64,000 bases of DNA, from assembly GCF_036321535.1 (NCBI RefSeq), contig NC_087437.1, forward strand, positions 37,140,001-37,204,000, written 5' to 3'. Of this stretch, positions 8,511 through 22,891 are shown one piece after another (position 1 is the first letter of the stretch; each line of letters begins with the position of its first letter). Made by a program: the position numbers and the translations under genes. The notes beneath the pieces are model-generated. The model did no database searches and was not told where the DNA came from. It worked only from the letters and a program-made list of their open reading frames with translations. This stretch comes from Camelus dromedarius (Eukaryota).

Positions 8511-11500
8511 GTATGCAAAATAACAAAGCAAAAAAATTCCAAAAAACTTTTAATGTTACACATGATTAAAAATCTTCAAGGTATTGTTTTTATGAATATG
8601 AACTTATTCAATAATTACATAATCATGTTTTTAAATATGAAAGAGGTGCCTTAGTAATATATAACATGTTGTTTTAACAATCAGGTTCCTACAAAATCAA
8701 ATTGAATAACTCTCATAAACTAATATTTGATGTAGAGAGACTTGGAAATTTGAGGCTTCATTTTTTTGATCCCTAGTAACTTAAAAATAAAGGTGGCAGA
8801 ATTAATTCTTTTCCCAATCTCACCCCAAACCTCAGTATATTTAACAATAACAAATACATCTGTTCCAGATGATTTGAACCATGTTGTATATTGCAGCCCT
8901 GATTTGGAATCTGGTCCTTTTGCCATGTATCTGAGCTCAAAGGATAATCTCAGTGAGGAAGTGTCTAAATATCTAAGAAGTGTAAGAGGACCTTTTACTG
9001 GTGGTGACTTCCTTTGGTTTTTCTTCTGTTTTGAGACTCCTTTGAGTCTCAAGGTAAAGCTGGGAATGTGCAGTTTTGTGGTAGGTGACAGCTCTGTGCT
9101 AAGCGCTTCACAGCAAAATACAAGAGTTAAACTTAAGAAAAAATGTTAAGTGCAGTCTTAGTAATTCATGTAACCACGAGGCTGGTTTACTCTTTCAAAA
9201 AAATAAAAAAGGTAATTAAAAGTTTTGAATGGCTGGGGGACTTGAAGATTGGCAATACTTTACAATGGACAAGGTCTAAATTTTATAAATAAGTGCACTT
9301 GGTACCTACACAATGTTCATACTTTCATACAGAATAAACATTTATTTCTTTGATCATTTTTAGGTTGTTAGTTTGAAAATATGGAAAATCTTTCTTATGT
9401 AGAAAGAGTGATTCTAAAACATAAGATAACTTATAAATATTTCAAAGTAAGTAAAAAAAAAAAAAAGAATACATAATCTTTTCAGGTATCCACAACAACT
9501 GAATATAACAAATACAGTTTACCAGAAACTGAATTTTAGGTCCCAGAATCAGTTACTGAGGACGTCTCCTATTACTATTCTCTTCATCTTTCTCAATGTT
9601 CAACTGAAATGCATCTTTAAACATAAGTGAAATTTTAAAATAATTTATAGTCTATATTTCTAATTTTAAAAGCAGATAATTAAACTGGAAACTATCCAAA
9701 TGTCTCAATTATTTGTTTTCTCAGCAGTACAATGACTGTTTTTATCTAATGTGCTGAACAGGAAAAAAAAAAGTACCTGATTATATTGTTAGAAACTGAA
9801 TGGAGAAATTACAAAATAGAGCAAAATAAAAATTAGCTAAATAAATATTTGAACATTTATAGTTACCAGAAATATTTTTGGAAATCAGCTTCTCCATATC
9901 AACTGTATTTGGCACTCATATCTCTTTTTGATTTGGGAATAATATTTTTATAATATTCAAAATGTTCACAGATCCAGCATACTGCAGCTGCAACTACCAA
10001 ATTTTTACACTGATTATAGTCACTAATTACAACTGGGATGCAAGACAGATTTCATATTAAGCTACAGTAAAATGGAAGAAATTAAAACAAAGCTATTTTT
10101 CAGAAGTATTATATCCTTTTGGAGACTGCAGATTTTAAGGCAGCACTAGCCAATTAAAAACACCAGGCTGTTCTTAAATAAAGGATTGAAGCAAAGGTTC
10201 CTTTCACACTTGGGTGGTATATGTCAAAATAGACATTTTGCTGATGGCCACCCTCGTGGCAAATGAAATAAAAGCTAGATTGTACAATAAAAGATGACCA
10301 TTTGTACAGTTCCATAATAAATAATGAATTTTGAGAAGCCTTTTCTGTCTCCTTGATAGGCTGTATAATTTGAGTTCCGTCTTCATTTCAGCAAGATATA
10401 TTTCACTTATTTACCCTTGTATATTCATCAGGCATTTGTGTTTCTAGTGGAAGTGTTCTCTCCATGACTAACTTTATCCTTTCAGGAATGAGCCTGCTGG
10501 AGTGTGACATATACACCACCATGTAATTTAAAAATCTAATATATTCCCACATAAAGTGTGGATCCAATATTCCTTCCTCAGGACACAGTACTGTTTACAA
10601 ATGAAGGAAAACAAACCACTCTGGCATTAAGTTCTGAAACTCTATTCTAGGTAAAAGTAATTTGTCTCCTCTGAAAGTAATTCCGGACCTGATAGGACAA
10701 TTGGATAAAGGTTTAGCACTGAATTTGAAATAAACAAATATGGGGTAGAATGATTCAATCAGGATTTTGCACTTGCTTTTTACTGTTCCAGCAACACACT
10801 GAGCTAACTTTTCATCTCTATGCCTTTGCTTATACTGTTCTGTACCTGGAATGCCTATATAATTCCCAGTATCCAGATTACATCCACTTTTTAAAGCCTA
10901 AGTCAAGTGGCATGTCTTTGTTGAATTACTTTCTGCTACATCAGTAAATAAACCAATAAGCTTACATTCTTCTGAGCCTCGCATACTATTTTTCTCCTTC
11001 TACACAATTAATAGATATTTATGAGAGAGCACACACATTGTAGTTAAATGACAGTCTGAATTTTATCTCTGCCATTTACTAGCTGATGTCATTATCTTAC
11101 CTTAAAAAGAAGTTACAAGGGTACATTAGGAGATGGTGAGGATCAAATATCCTAAAGCAAAAGGAAGTATGTGGTAAACCAAAAGGAAAAGCTTTTATAT
11201 TCTAAATGTATCTCATTTCATCATGTGCTTTTCTTTTTTATGTACTTGTTCTATATCTATATGCTTTCCAGTATTGTTTAGATTATAAGTCCCTGGAGAG
11301 TGAGGGTTAGGTCATCCACATGCACAAGTATTATTTTACATTTTGGAGATTTCTGGTACATTTATACAATGAATGAATCTATATCTAGTTAGCTATCTGT
11401 CTACCTACCTATCTTTCTCTCATCTGTCTTGGAACCAGAATGGATATAAGGCCCAGGATATTAAAAGATCAGTACAAGGGGGAAATAATTAAATAATTGG

Positions 11501-11534
11501 ACTTTTGTTGATACAGGTTAAAATATATACTGTA

Positions 11535-11715
11535 CTAAAAGAGTAGATCTTAAAAGTTCTTATCACAAGAAAGAAAAGGTGCTAACTATGTGCAGTGAGG
11601 GATGTTAAGTAGTTATTGTGGTGATTGTTTCACAATATACACATACATCAAATCGTGCTGTACACCTCAAACTAATACAATGTTATGTGTCAGTTATATC
11701 TCAATAAAAAATAAA
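11535..11715 (+). mobile_element. L1 3' end fragment (L1MA9-like)
   Basis: aagagtagatcttaaaagttcttatcac...tacacctcaaactaatacaatgttatgtgtcagttatatctcaataaaaa. Confidence 0.8.
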
Positions 11716-13339
11716 TATTTAATATGTATTAAACTGTACTATGACAGAAAAAGTCTAGTAGAGCAAGTAAAATTGTATTTGTTTAAGAAAAAAAAAAGAG
11801 TTGGATTGACAAGCAAATATATGAAATTACATAAGGAGAAACAGAGTGAACCACTCCCAAGTTAGAGCAACTAGCAGAGGATTAGAAAATAGCAGATAGT
11901 AAATATATGATTTTTCAAATTTGAAGAACTCAGGTGACAGAGAATAAATAAACATCAGGCATAGCTGAAATAAAAAGAGGTGGCCTAATAATCATGAATA
12001 AGCAAATCCTAAAAGTTCTTTTTATCCTCAAATAATATCTTTACAAGTTTGCCATGGTCTCTCCTCTCTGTCCTGGAATTCTTATATTTAGATATCACTA
12101 ATTGTCTTCAGCAACCCATGGTTAAAAGTCGGGCCAATGTATGTTTAATTAACCACCTAATATGGAAAAAAGTGATTAGGAGAGGTACAATATCTATGGA
12201 CAAACTGAAAGATTACAAACATCTGCCTTGCATGAATAATCATTGTCCTGGATACTATAATATTGAGATGAAAAAGACTTGGCTACTGCTCTGAAAGTTA
12301 TAATTTGTAAACAAAATAAGTAAACAAAACAATGATAATATAAGGTATACTATGCCTAAAGTGAAATTTCTGTTTGAGATTCTAGTTGCAGCCTTTTATT
12401 CCCAGAAGATCTGTTTTTTTAAATACTCCCAATCTACCATTCTTGGAATAAGCTGCAGTTTAACTTCTGTCTCTCAAATGTATTTGACTTAAACTGGACG
12501 AAGTTAATTAATTTTAACCCACTACTCAGGATGCAGTGGGCACTGTATATTGCTGGAATTGTTCTGATTTAGGGTCTCACTTTCAATATTTGGGTTTTTA
12601 CTTTTTCCATTTTCCCAAATTTTACTCTCACTTTTAGAAAATAGAAGTTCCTCTACTAACAGTCCCTATTTTGGTTGCCTATCGTAAGCCATTTCGTCTG
12701 GAACTTGCAACTTCCTCTAAAGTTCCCTGCACGGACCCACTCTGATCCGTAGACCCTGATAAGAGCATATAAACATCTCTGATGCAACTGCCTGTCTGGT
12801 CTGTTTGAATCTCTTAATGCTTTTGGCCTTGACTTCTGAATTCCTTACTATGATTTTTGTAGAGACACCCAATTTCTCTCAGTTGGATCTCCTGACATTG
12901 CCTGCTGGACTAGACATGCCAGCAATCTCTTGTTATATGGTGAGTATTATATTTTTCCAACCAGACCTTCCTACAATTTACTGGCTCATGACTATTCTTA
13001 GCGTATGACTCTATTTTTGACTCTTGTTTCTCTACAAGACATTCTGATCTCTAACCTGGAAATGCCTTACCTGTGTGTACTAAAATGTATCAAAGTGATA
13101 TTATAAAATGAATGATGATTTTTATAGCCCAAATCTCACCAGGCTCTGGATGTGTTTTCATAGGAAGTGTAATTGGATCAAAGACCTGCAGAGGAAGAGA
13201 ATCAGGTTAGTTTCTCTCAAGACATGTAGAGTCCTCAGCAGCGGCAGCTGAAACACCCAGTTGGGTTATCAACTTGATCATATTATGAGTGAAAGCAAAA
13301 TAAACAAAATACTTCCTGGAAGACTGTTTAATTTACAAC

Positions 13340-13430
13340 TGTGGTCGGCAAAATAATGGATTCCTAAATATGTCCATGTCCTTATCCCAGAAAACCTTTG
13401 TATATGTTATGTTACATGGCAGGAGTTTAT
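13340..13430 (+). mobile_element. MLT1D/E-like LTR 5' fragment
   Basis: tgtggtcggcaaaataatggattcctaaatatgtccatgtccttatcccagaaaacctttgtatatgttatgttacatggc. Confidence 0.65.
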
Positions 13431-16396
13431 TAGCTGGTGGAGAGCTTTATTCCTTAGCTGGTTATATGTTAATGTCTTCACGAATCTAGAAATCATCTTT
13501 GTACTGAAACATATAAAGTATCATGTTAAAGATAACACTTTGATTGGTTTGGGTTTAGGAAATCTTTGTATGGTGTCATTTATGAAAGGACTGAAAAGAT
13601 TCATTAAATACCCTTAAAAGTCAGTGCAGGCTATACATTGCTTTTATCAAAGAATTCAATTTGTATCTGAGAAAACAGATTAGACATGCTGCATCACTGT
13701 CATTTTGATTACCTGTTTATATTTCTTGACTTATATTCTCCCATAGAGCTACATATATTTAAGTGATCAATTGGGAGGTAAGAATAAACTTTTCCATTTA
13801 TTAGAATAATATTCAATGCATAGTGTCACTAGAAGATAATTTCTCATAGATTTTGTGTGTATGTGTGATTGAATGAGAGAAAACAAAATTTTTTGCAACT
13901 ACTGGCTTATGTATAACAGTCAATATTCTTGTCAATTAGAAGTTTAAAAGTCATTTAAATGCTTAGCATTTCAACTGATTTTTTAAATCAACTGAACCTT
14001 TGGCATCATTTTTTAAATTAATGATTAAATTATAATAACTAAGTTATCGATTGTTTGCTCTATTCAAGTCACCGAGCTAAGTGCCCTGCAGGCACTATAT
14101 CGTTTACTGCTCATGACAATGTCACATTGTAGTTAGGACAATTATCCATATTTAAGCTAAGGAAACTGAAACTAAGAAATTCAACAAACCCTGTGATAAA
14201 GATATCATACAAACCAGTATATGCTTGAGAGGGAAAGAAAAACTATTAATAATTATCTATCTGACCATATGGATGTACATCAGAACTGTCCCAGGTAAAC
14301 CAAGATACATGGTTACTTTACACATATAGCAAGTAGCATGAGAGTCAATCCTAAAAAGCCCAAGGTATTTTCCAAATATATGATTTACTTACTAGTAGTG
14401 AATCTGCATGATCCAGACAGAGTAGGATTTTAAATGTTTCATTGTTGGGTTGGCATCATGAACCAATGTCCAAATCAAATATCTCTCCCTGTCACCCATA
14501 TGTCTTCATTCACTTTTATTTACCCAATACCAAAGCCACCTCATATACCTCTGAAGTTAACACGATATTTCACTTATGTATCTCTGCAGAATTTTCCCTC
14601 CATCTACAAACATCAAATTTCTACCAATATAGACACCATTCCTAATTTGATGGTCAGATGCAAATTCCCTCTTCCAAAATGTCTTTCCAGATTCATACCT
14701 GGAAATGTCAAAAAATGTTATTTGTATTGTTATGATTATACAATATTCATCATATTCATCAAAATTTTGCATATACTTTGTCTCTCCTAAATAAAATCTC
14801 AACTCTTACTCCTGATTGAAAGTTTACATTATGTTTAATAATATGCATATACATGAGTCATCTTTATTGTTAAAATTTTGTCTCTCCAGAATTAGCAAAT
14901 TTCTAAACTTCAAGAAAGAGATTTACTCTTTGTTTACTTTGGACGCAAGGGTATAAATGTGTAACATAAGAAAACAAATTGTGTGAAGCCTTTTCTATTC
15001 ATAATCTAGAGAGGCATTGCAAAGCAATGAATTTTGGCCACAAATATAAGTTTTTGCAAATATTTGATGTAAATGCACTATATATTTCAATATGATTTTA
15101 GATTTTTATTTCACTCTAAGTGTCTCATTTTAAAACTCTATCAGGTTATTTAATTTTGTCTAATGAATACATCTCTTTAAATTTATTAACTTGTGTAAGC
15201 CATGCATTGCCTATCAGAAACTATCCATCATATATATATTCATCTCATTAATACTTCTATGAGTATCATGCAGGAAAATTATTTTGCAGCATGATTTTGC
15301 TTGAAAAGATTCACACTCATCTACCTTTACTCTGACTGGCATTTGAAATTGAAAGGCAAGAGTGGAAGGCATTTATGTCATTTTAACTTTTTTTAACCCA
15401 AGAGTTTCTTCTGAATGCCCCTGGCAGAGAGAAACTAAATCGTTCCACATGGGTGATATTTAGAGCCTATATAAGGCAGAATGATAGCTGTCCATGTGCT
15501 GTATTTTCAGGAACCTTAAAAGAATCACCTGGCCTAAACTATCTGCCTCATTATATTTCCACAGTGCCTAAATTTCTGTCAGTTAATGTTGTTCCTTAAC
15601 GGTGTTTCCAAGAAAATGGACTTTTAATGCATCACCTTAGAGGGGAAGCACATTGGTACAGATTCATCTTTATTGCAACTGGGCTTTGGCAAATAGCAAG
15701 CTGTGGCATTAACAGACAGTAAATGAGTACATTTTGAGTTAGAAGTAAGCAGAAAAAAATTCTAAACTGAAGATTCTTTGCCAAGGGCATAAATTTTCCA
15801 TGACCTAAGTTTTTATAAACACAGATACTCCAGTCTTACCAGCAAAAGCTTTTAAGAGTCAGTGAATTTGAGGTGAATCCTAAATAATCTTATTGTGCAT
15901 TGGAATGGAAGCTGATGCCACTGCGGGAAACTACTCAGTGCTGTTCTGTACCTCAGGGAGGACCTTGAGAACTGGAGAAAGCCGCCAGCTCCTGGGGGCT
16001 ACAGAGCAATAAAGAGGGCAGGAAAGGAACAGAAACTTCCAACTGAATCTCATGTTCATCTAAGAGTAGTGAGTTAAATATTTCCCATGTTCTCTCTGAA
16101 TACCTCTGTTGACTTTCACCTGTTCATTCTGAGTTCCCCTGTTAAATTTTAGGGAATGTTTTTCTTCTCAGATACTTATCAGGGCATTCAGACGGTTTAT
16201 ATAGAAAGTAAGTCATCAGACTTTCTGCCTTATGAGAGCTCAGTTTTAACAATACACATCTAGTTAGCTAATGCAGTACTGTGAAAGAGAATTTCACTAC
16301 CTCTACACAGAAGGAGAGATGTATCTTCCCAGCAGTGGGTTTCAGGAGGAATTTCCTGTAACATGACTACATTTGGACTTAATGACTATAACACTG

Positions 16397-16786
16397 GATC
16401 TCTTTGAGATCCTGATTTCGTTTCCTTTGGGTATACACCCAGAAAAGGGATTGCTGGATCATAAAGTAGTTTTACTTTTAATTTTCTGAGGAACCTTCAT
16501 ACTGTTTTCCATATAGCTGTATCAAATAACCTGATTTAAAAATGAGCAAAGGATCTGAATAGGCATTTCCCTAAAGAGACACACAAATGACAAACTGGCA
16601 TATGAAAAAGTGCTCAACTTCACCACTCATCAGGGAAATGCAAATCAGAATTACAATGAGACATCACCTGCCACCTTTTAGACTGGCTCTTATCAGGAAG
16701 ACAAAAGATAACAAGAACTGATAAGGATAATAGAGAAAAGGAATACCCTTGTACACTGTTGGTGGGAATATAAATTGCTACAGCAT
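16397..16786. mobile_element. Inverted (twin-priming-type) L1 ORF2 fragment: minus segment 16397-16522 joined to plus segment 16523-16786
   Basis: Left part is antisense L1 (gggtatacacccagaaaagggattgctggatcat...gaggaaccttcatactgttttcca). Right part is sense L1 (aaataacctgatttaaaaatgagcaaagg...gtacactgttggtgggaatataaattgctacagc). Confidence 0.85.
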
Positions 16787-16943
16787 TATTACTAATTTTT
16801 TAAAAAGTGAAACTAGCATAATGCACAACTTATATCATTGGAAACAATAACTAAAACTTTATTTCACACTAGGTTATGGGCTTCTGTGTTCTAAATGCAA
16901 CTGGAAATCAAAACATTTCATATCTTTTGTTATAATAATAAAT

Positions 16944-17060
16944 ATCAAAGCTATAAAACTATTTGATATGGAACAGAATATTAAGTAAGTTCATGAGTGT
17001 TGGATCAAAGCTATAAAACTATTTGATATGGAACAGAATATTAAGTAAGTTCATGAGTGT
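16944..17060. repeat. Perfect 57-bp direct duplication with a 3-bp spacer (period 60)
   Basis: 16944-17000 is identical to 17004-17060, separated by tgg. Confidence 0.95.
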
Positions 17061-19284
17061 CTGAAATACCAAGTAACCAAAAATTAGGAAGATTGTTATG
17101 AAGAGTTGAAAGGTTTTTCTTTTAATTTGTTTTATTTTAAAACTTTCAAAAATATATAAATGTCATATCTATGCTATGTATACATATATAAAGAAAGTCA
17201 AGTTGAAGCTATCACTAAATCACATGATCCTCTACCATGTTGTTGGATAAAGAGATGATTAGGTACCTGAAAGAAAAGAATAAGTAACAGTATCAATAAG
17301 GAATCGAGTTTACAAAAAGTGAGCTCTAAAAAAGCTTCATTGCTGACTAACCTAATTTAAGATGTCAGATATTAAATCAATTGGTTGTCACAATTCATTT
17401 TTTAAATACTGCATCATTGTCACCTAGGCACCATATGGTGTATGACAAGGTAAATGACAAGGTAAAATAGTCCATCAGTATAAAAGCAAAAACTGCCACC
17501 ATTAAATCAACTCCATTACAGAAGAAAGGGGAAATAAAAATATGATTTTAGTATAGCAAACCAGATGTTCTTTCATGAGTTCATGAAATTAAAAACCATA
17601 TAAACCTGCAATGTAATTAAATGTATCATCAGGCCTTATAGAATCTAAGACTACGTTTGATTTAAGGAGATGTTTCCAAAATTTTAACCAGAGTATTTTC
17701 TCTCCTTTATTCTGAAAATTGAAATTGTTCTGCTAATGGTTTAATAGTGAATCAGAGTAGAAATCTGGTTTACAAGCAATCTAAATGAAAAACTATCTTG
17801 AGGTATTTTGAAAGAAAAATCTAAAATGGACTGACATTATTTTGTCTCCTAAGACAATAGGAGATATTATCTTTTAAATAAATCTGCTTTTAAAAATTCT
17901 GTATTAATTCTAAAGTAGATCTAAACAAGTATAGAGAAAGGATTATCATTGTCAAGTTACACTTAATTGATAATATGTATAAATATGATGAATTGAACTG
18001 ATAAAAATTGACTATAGAAGCTTTATTTTTAAAAGGATTTTAATACTATTTATTCTGTAAGACAAGGTATTGAAAACTGACTGAAAAATATGAAAAATTA
18101 AACTCTTAATTCCCCATTTATAAAACCTGATTCTACCAAGACATTAGATATTTTAATTGTCTAAAAATAGGTGAAACACCATATTTAATCAGACATTTAG
18201 GTTTAAATAAACTTTAGTCTTGTTCTTGAAATGTTGCAGAAGTTGTTAATTTTAACACACCAAGATTTTATGGTGCATGCATTGGCCTGAATATGTTTAT
18301 TTGTAAGGATGTAGGAAATTGCATTCATAAAAAGTGGCAGCATTTATTTTTAATTTATATGCAGATGATGTGGCTACTACAAACAAAGACAAATATTTTT
18401 AAGCTGATTCACAAAATTAGAATTTTTTGCCATATGAAGAACTATTTTCAAAATAAAATTTGGGGAACTTTCTTTCTTTCCCATCTTTTAAATAGTTTAA
18501 TACAGTATATTAAATTCCCACACTTAAGAGTTCAAATAAAATATTTCTCTTGGACTATACTTTAGAAATTGGTGGATTGAAGAGAATTACATGTATACAT
18601 AAAATAGCCTGGTGCAATCCTACAAATCATATTTTGTTGGATGCAAGAGGCTGTAAAATTGAATAATAGATACTTTAACTTCTTTCACTGAAAGAAAACC
18701 TATATGAGGAGATTTAACATTCCTATGTGGGTTATAAAACATTTACTAAGGAGTGAGTTAAAAAAAAAAATCCATGTGTTACTTCTTTTTTTTTTTTTCA
18801 ATTTCTGCAAGTCTCAAAAGTTGCAAGAAAGTTTGTTTTTTCACTTCAGTGGACATCACTTTAATCAACTAATAATTTGAAATGAAATCATGTATTTTTT
18901 GTGAAACGCTGTAGAGCATCTATGAACACATAAGTTTTTTTCAAAAGCCCTTAAAAGATGTAATAATTTAAGTGTATTAAACAAAATAATATTTTTAAAG
19001 GGTATTAATTGTCTTTTTTTAAAAAAAAAGGAAGTATGAATCCAATTTTGGCCTTTGAACCAAGAAAAAATAGAACGTGATCACTCTGTGTTAATCTTCA
19101 TATTCCACCCTTCTCACTGTAGCCTTAGCAGTTTTCGTCCAACCTACAGTTTCATGTGCAAGCACTTCCTGAGATAATTCTGATGAAGATGGGCAAATTA
19201 CTAGGAGCCAAGCATCACCAGTTTTTCAGATCTACAATTTGTTGTGTAGTCCAAAACATGATTATTTGTAGAAAGAAAGTCACA

Positions 19285-19530
19285 CAATTTTCTCTCCCGC
19301 ATCCAATCTGTCAACCAGTGCTGTGGGCTCTCACTTCAAATATGTGCTGAATTTGAATGTTCAGATCATTTTTATCATATCCAAGTCACCATCTTCTCTT
19401 ACCTCCTAGCAAGTCTCTCTGCTCCTGTCTGTAGCCCCACACAGTCTCTTCACCACAGAGTAACCAACTCATTCTTACACATATAATTCATATTATCCAT
19501 CACATAATCAAGCTCAAGAATCCTCTTCTG
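19285..19530 (+). mobile_element. L2 fragment
   Basis: catccaatctgtcaaccagtgctgtgggctctcacttcaaatatg...ccaagtcaccatcttctcttacctcctag. Confidence 0.6.
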
Positions 19531-21096
19531 CCTTTGTGTTAGGATACAGCTTTTAGTAAATAGGGGAATAGATCCTAACCTGTTTCTTATACCCATATGT
19601 CATTATTTCTGGATATTCTACTAGGATTTTTGACTTGTCACTTAGATCAGTGATATTTGTAAATTATTTTTTATTCTTCTATTTCTGCAACTGATTTTAT
19701 TTTCATGGGACTGCTTCTTTATTTTAGTATTCTTGTGTGGTTGGTGATGTATGATGGGGTGGGAAGTGGCCCACATTTTCTGGTAAGTTCTCCCAGATGT
19801 TGGGATAGGTCATGCTGCTTAGGGCTGTTTGGAAAAGAATAAAGAAATTCTATTGCTTGAAACTGAATTATAATCATTTTCCATATCACTAAGGGAAAAA
19901 CTGAAGGCTCATTAATAGAGATTTGGTTACCTCAACTGAATCGCCTCATTTGCTTACTCCCTTCCACCACTCTGGCTTCCTTGATATCTTATAATCATTA
20001 AATAGGTAAATGGCAGACACTCATAAATGAATTCACTTTTTTTAAAACACACAATGTGAAAGTATGTTTCCTAGAACAGGAGAGGGATATTACTCCAAAG
20101 ACTGTAAATTTATTAAAAGTCTTGATCTTGTGTTGAGATAATTCAAAGAACATTCCTACTACAGTGTGAAAATGGACAGTTTTCCAGATATAAATATTTG
20201 GGGTATTTTCATGTATTTGTTAAAGCTTTTAAAAGTGTTTCTGATTCAAAACATTTTAATAGTGCTCTTAATAGACAGAATTTATGGTTGGCCATTATAA
20301 TAAGGAAAATAAGACATTGAAGTACTGTTCATAGATTATAAAAGATATTTTACTTTAAAGAGAGAAAAACATCCAAGAATTAAAATAAATGCTGAATAGG
20401 TTTTAAGTTCTCTACTAAATTTTTTTTTTTTTTTGATGACCATCTCTGGCTGGTTGTGATACTGTCATCAACTACAAAGTTACTTGAGAATATCAACATA
20501 TTGTGATTAGACTGCAGAAGTGCCACAGCTCTCTGTCACTGTTGCTCCAATAATTGTACCTTTAAAACACCTGAGATTCAGATATAGAAATCTGTCAACT
20601 CTCACTGAGAAATTTTCCATTTATATCATCATGGCTTTTCCTTAGTTATACACTTCATCTCTATATTAATCAGAAAATCTTAATGGAATTCACATATTTG
20701 TATACTTTTAGCTGAATATTCACAGCTCAAAAATTAGTTGGATGACCTTGTGTCATTAAGTTTATTCACATGAATTAAGAGATTAGATTTTTAATGTGTA
20801 TAGGGCTATAATATACAAACTTCACAAGTGTGTTGTTTTTCTAGCCTCCTTCTTTTACAACAAGAATATAAATGCATGGAGAGATTAAATTCTCTAGATT
20901 CTCCTACTACTAGTGCTTAATCTAGTGTCTGTATTTGCAGGAGCGTATCAGAATTTATATTTGAGAGCACACTGATGAAGTATTTTTCTTGTCAATGATA
21001 TTTTCCTTTTTTTTTTCTTGACACCCACAACTTTTATATTCCTTAAGGAAGGAGAAGCAAATAACTTTATTTCTGCATGGTTTAACAGTTGGCCAT

Positions 21097-21582
21097 TGTG
21101 ATGGTTAATTTTGTGTGTCAACTTGACTGGGCCACAAGGTACCCAAAATTCAGTTAAACATTATTTCTGGGTGTAATGTGAAGGTGTTCCTGGATGAAAT
21201 TAGCACTTGAACCAGTAGGCTGAGGAAAACAGATTGCCTTCCACATTAGGTGTGAACTTAATCCAATCTGTTGAGGGCCTGAAGAGAACAAGAGGGCTGA
21301 GGAAGAGTTTATTCCTTCTGTGCTTGATGAGCGGGGACAGCAGGCTACTCCTGCCCTTGGACAGACTTACATCAGCTCTCTCCTGGTTCTCAGGCCTTTG
21401 GACTAGGATTGGAAACTACCACCAGCCCTCTTGGGTCTCCAGCTGGCAGATGGCAGATGGAGGAATTCTCCACAATGCAAATGAGTCAATTCCCCATAAC
21501 AAATCTCTCTCTCTCCCACATCTATATAGCTATATATCTATCTTCTATTGGTTCTGTTTCTTTGGAGAACCCTGAGTAATAA
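21097..21582 (+). mobile_element. ERVL solo LTR (MLT2B-like)
   Basis: tgtgatggttaattttgtgtgtcaacttgactgggccac ... tattggttctgtttctttggagaaccctgagtaata. Confidence 0.9.
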
Positions 21583-21599
21583 GTAGTTAAGCAACCAGT

Positions 21600-21870
21600 A
21601 ATGCACAGTGTTGAATAAAAGCATAGGTTCTGCTGTCAGGTAGACTTGGATGAATTCTGGTTTTCACAGTTGCTGCTATGTGATCTTAGGCAAGATGCAT
21701 AACTTTTTAGTTTTGTTCATCTGAAAAATGGAGATAATATTACTATATTATAGGGTTTTTTCCAGGGGATTGAAATAAACATTTTGTAAATTGTAAAGAT
21801 GAGAAATCTATGTAAAGCTCACTGAAAGAAGGTGTCTGGCATTTATTAAAAGTTCAATAGCTATTATTGC
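21600..21870 (+). mobile_element. MIR SINE
   Basis: tgtgatcttaggcaagatgcataac...catctgaaaaatggagataata. Confidence 0.75.
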
Positions 21871-22840
21871 TAAGCTTCCAAATCTTCTTTTTACAAAAAT
21901 TCTCTATGGAATCTTTATCCTCCAATCCCTTTCTTCCAACTACTCTTTTAAAAGAAATTTTGAGGCTCAGTTTTCATATTAATAGCATTCAAGGGCATAG
22001 TGAATTTTTGAAGAACTAACTGACAATCAAATCTGGTGAAAAATGTTTTCTATAGATCATATATTTGACCTATTGTCCTTATATATGAAAAAATTTAGTC
22101 TGATAAAGAATAATAAATGCAATTATAATATGTAGATTGTGAAATACAACCTCTTCATTGACATTAATATTAAAAATATTGATCAAATATAAGTAAATAA
22201 TCATTATGTACAAGGCTTCTATTCTATTGATCTAATATAGTGTCTCCATCTTGAGATTTACAAAATACTGAATAACTATCAATTTCTTCAGCAATACATG
22301 AAATATATTTTGTGATAATTCTGAAAGATCATGGCATTTCATCAGAATACTGTGAAAAACCAAGAACAGCACAAAAAATTAAAGAAAAATAAAGCCACCA
22401 CACCCAGGGAGTTTATTTACATAAATTACGGGTGTAAGAGTAGACAATCTTTCCTTAATCATACCTGGCTTTTTTAGGATCTTTACACTCCATTCCCAGA
22501 GAGGACACTATCAAAGAGACACCTGCCTCTCCAGAAAGGAAAATACAAAAAGGAAATTTCAGCGTGTCACTGTGTTCTTCCTAGGACTAGGACTTCACTC
22601 TTTTCTCCCACAATGATAAAAACATTTCCATTTCTTGAATTTTTGCTTTGAATTGATGCTGCTCTGCCATCCCCTTTAAGGTTGTTACTGATGATGGGAG
22701 TGCGGACAACAGTCCCCACAAGTAGTTTACACTACTGCTTTTGGGAAAATGTTTCAGATATTTAAAATCCATGAGAGCATAGAAACATTTACGTGTCATA
22801 TTCCTTTCTAGATATATAGAAATATTATCAAATATTAAGT

Positions 22841-22891
22841 TATATATATATATATATGTGTATATATATATATATATACACACACACACAT
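22841..22891. repeat. Compound (TA)n(CA)n microsatellite
   Basis: Direct reading. Confidence 0.9.

Noticed and set aside
14260..14320. Short hAT-Blackjack-like MITE (MER81/MER94-like) inside a MIR
   Set aside because: Only ~60 bp with degenerate termini, too weak to call.
15466..15476. CArG/SRF box cctatataagg
   Set aside because: It has seven A/T bases between CC and GG, so it is not canonical, and an isolated motif is expected by chance.
17442..17465. 12-bp tandem repeat atgacaaggtaa x2
   Set aside because: Ordinary slippage micro-duplication.
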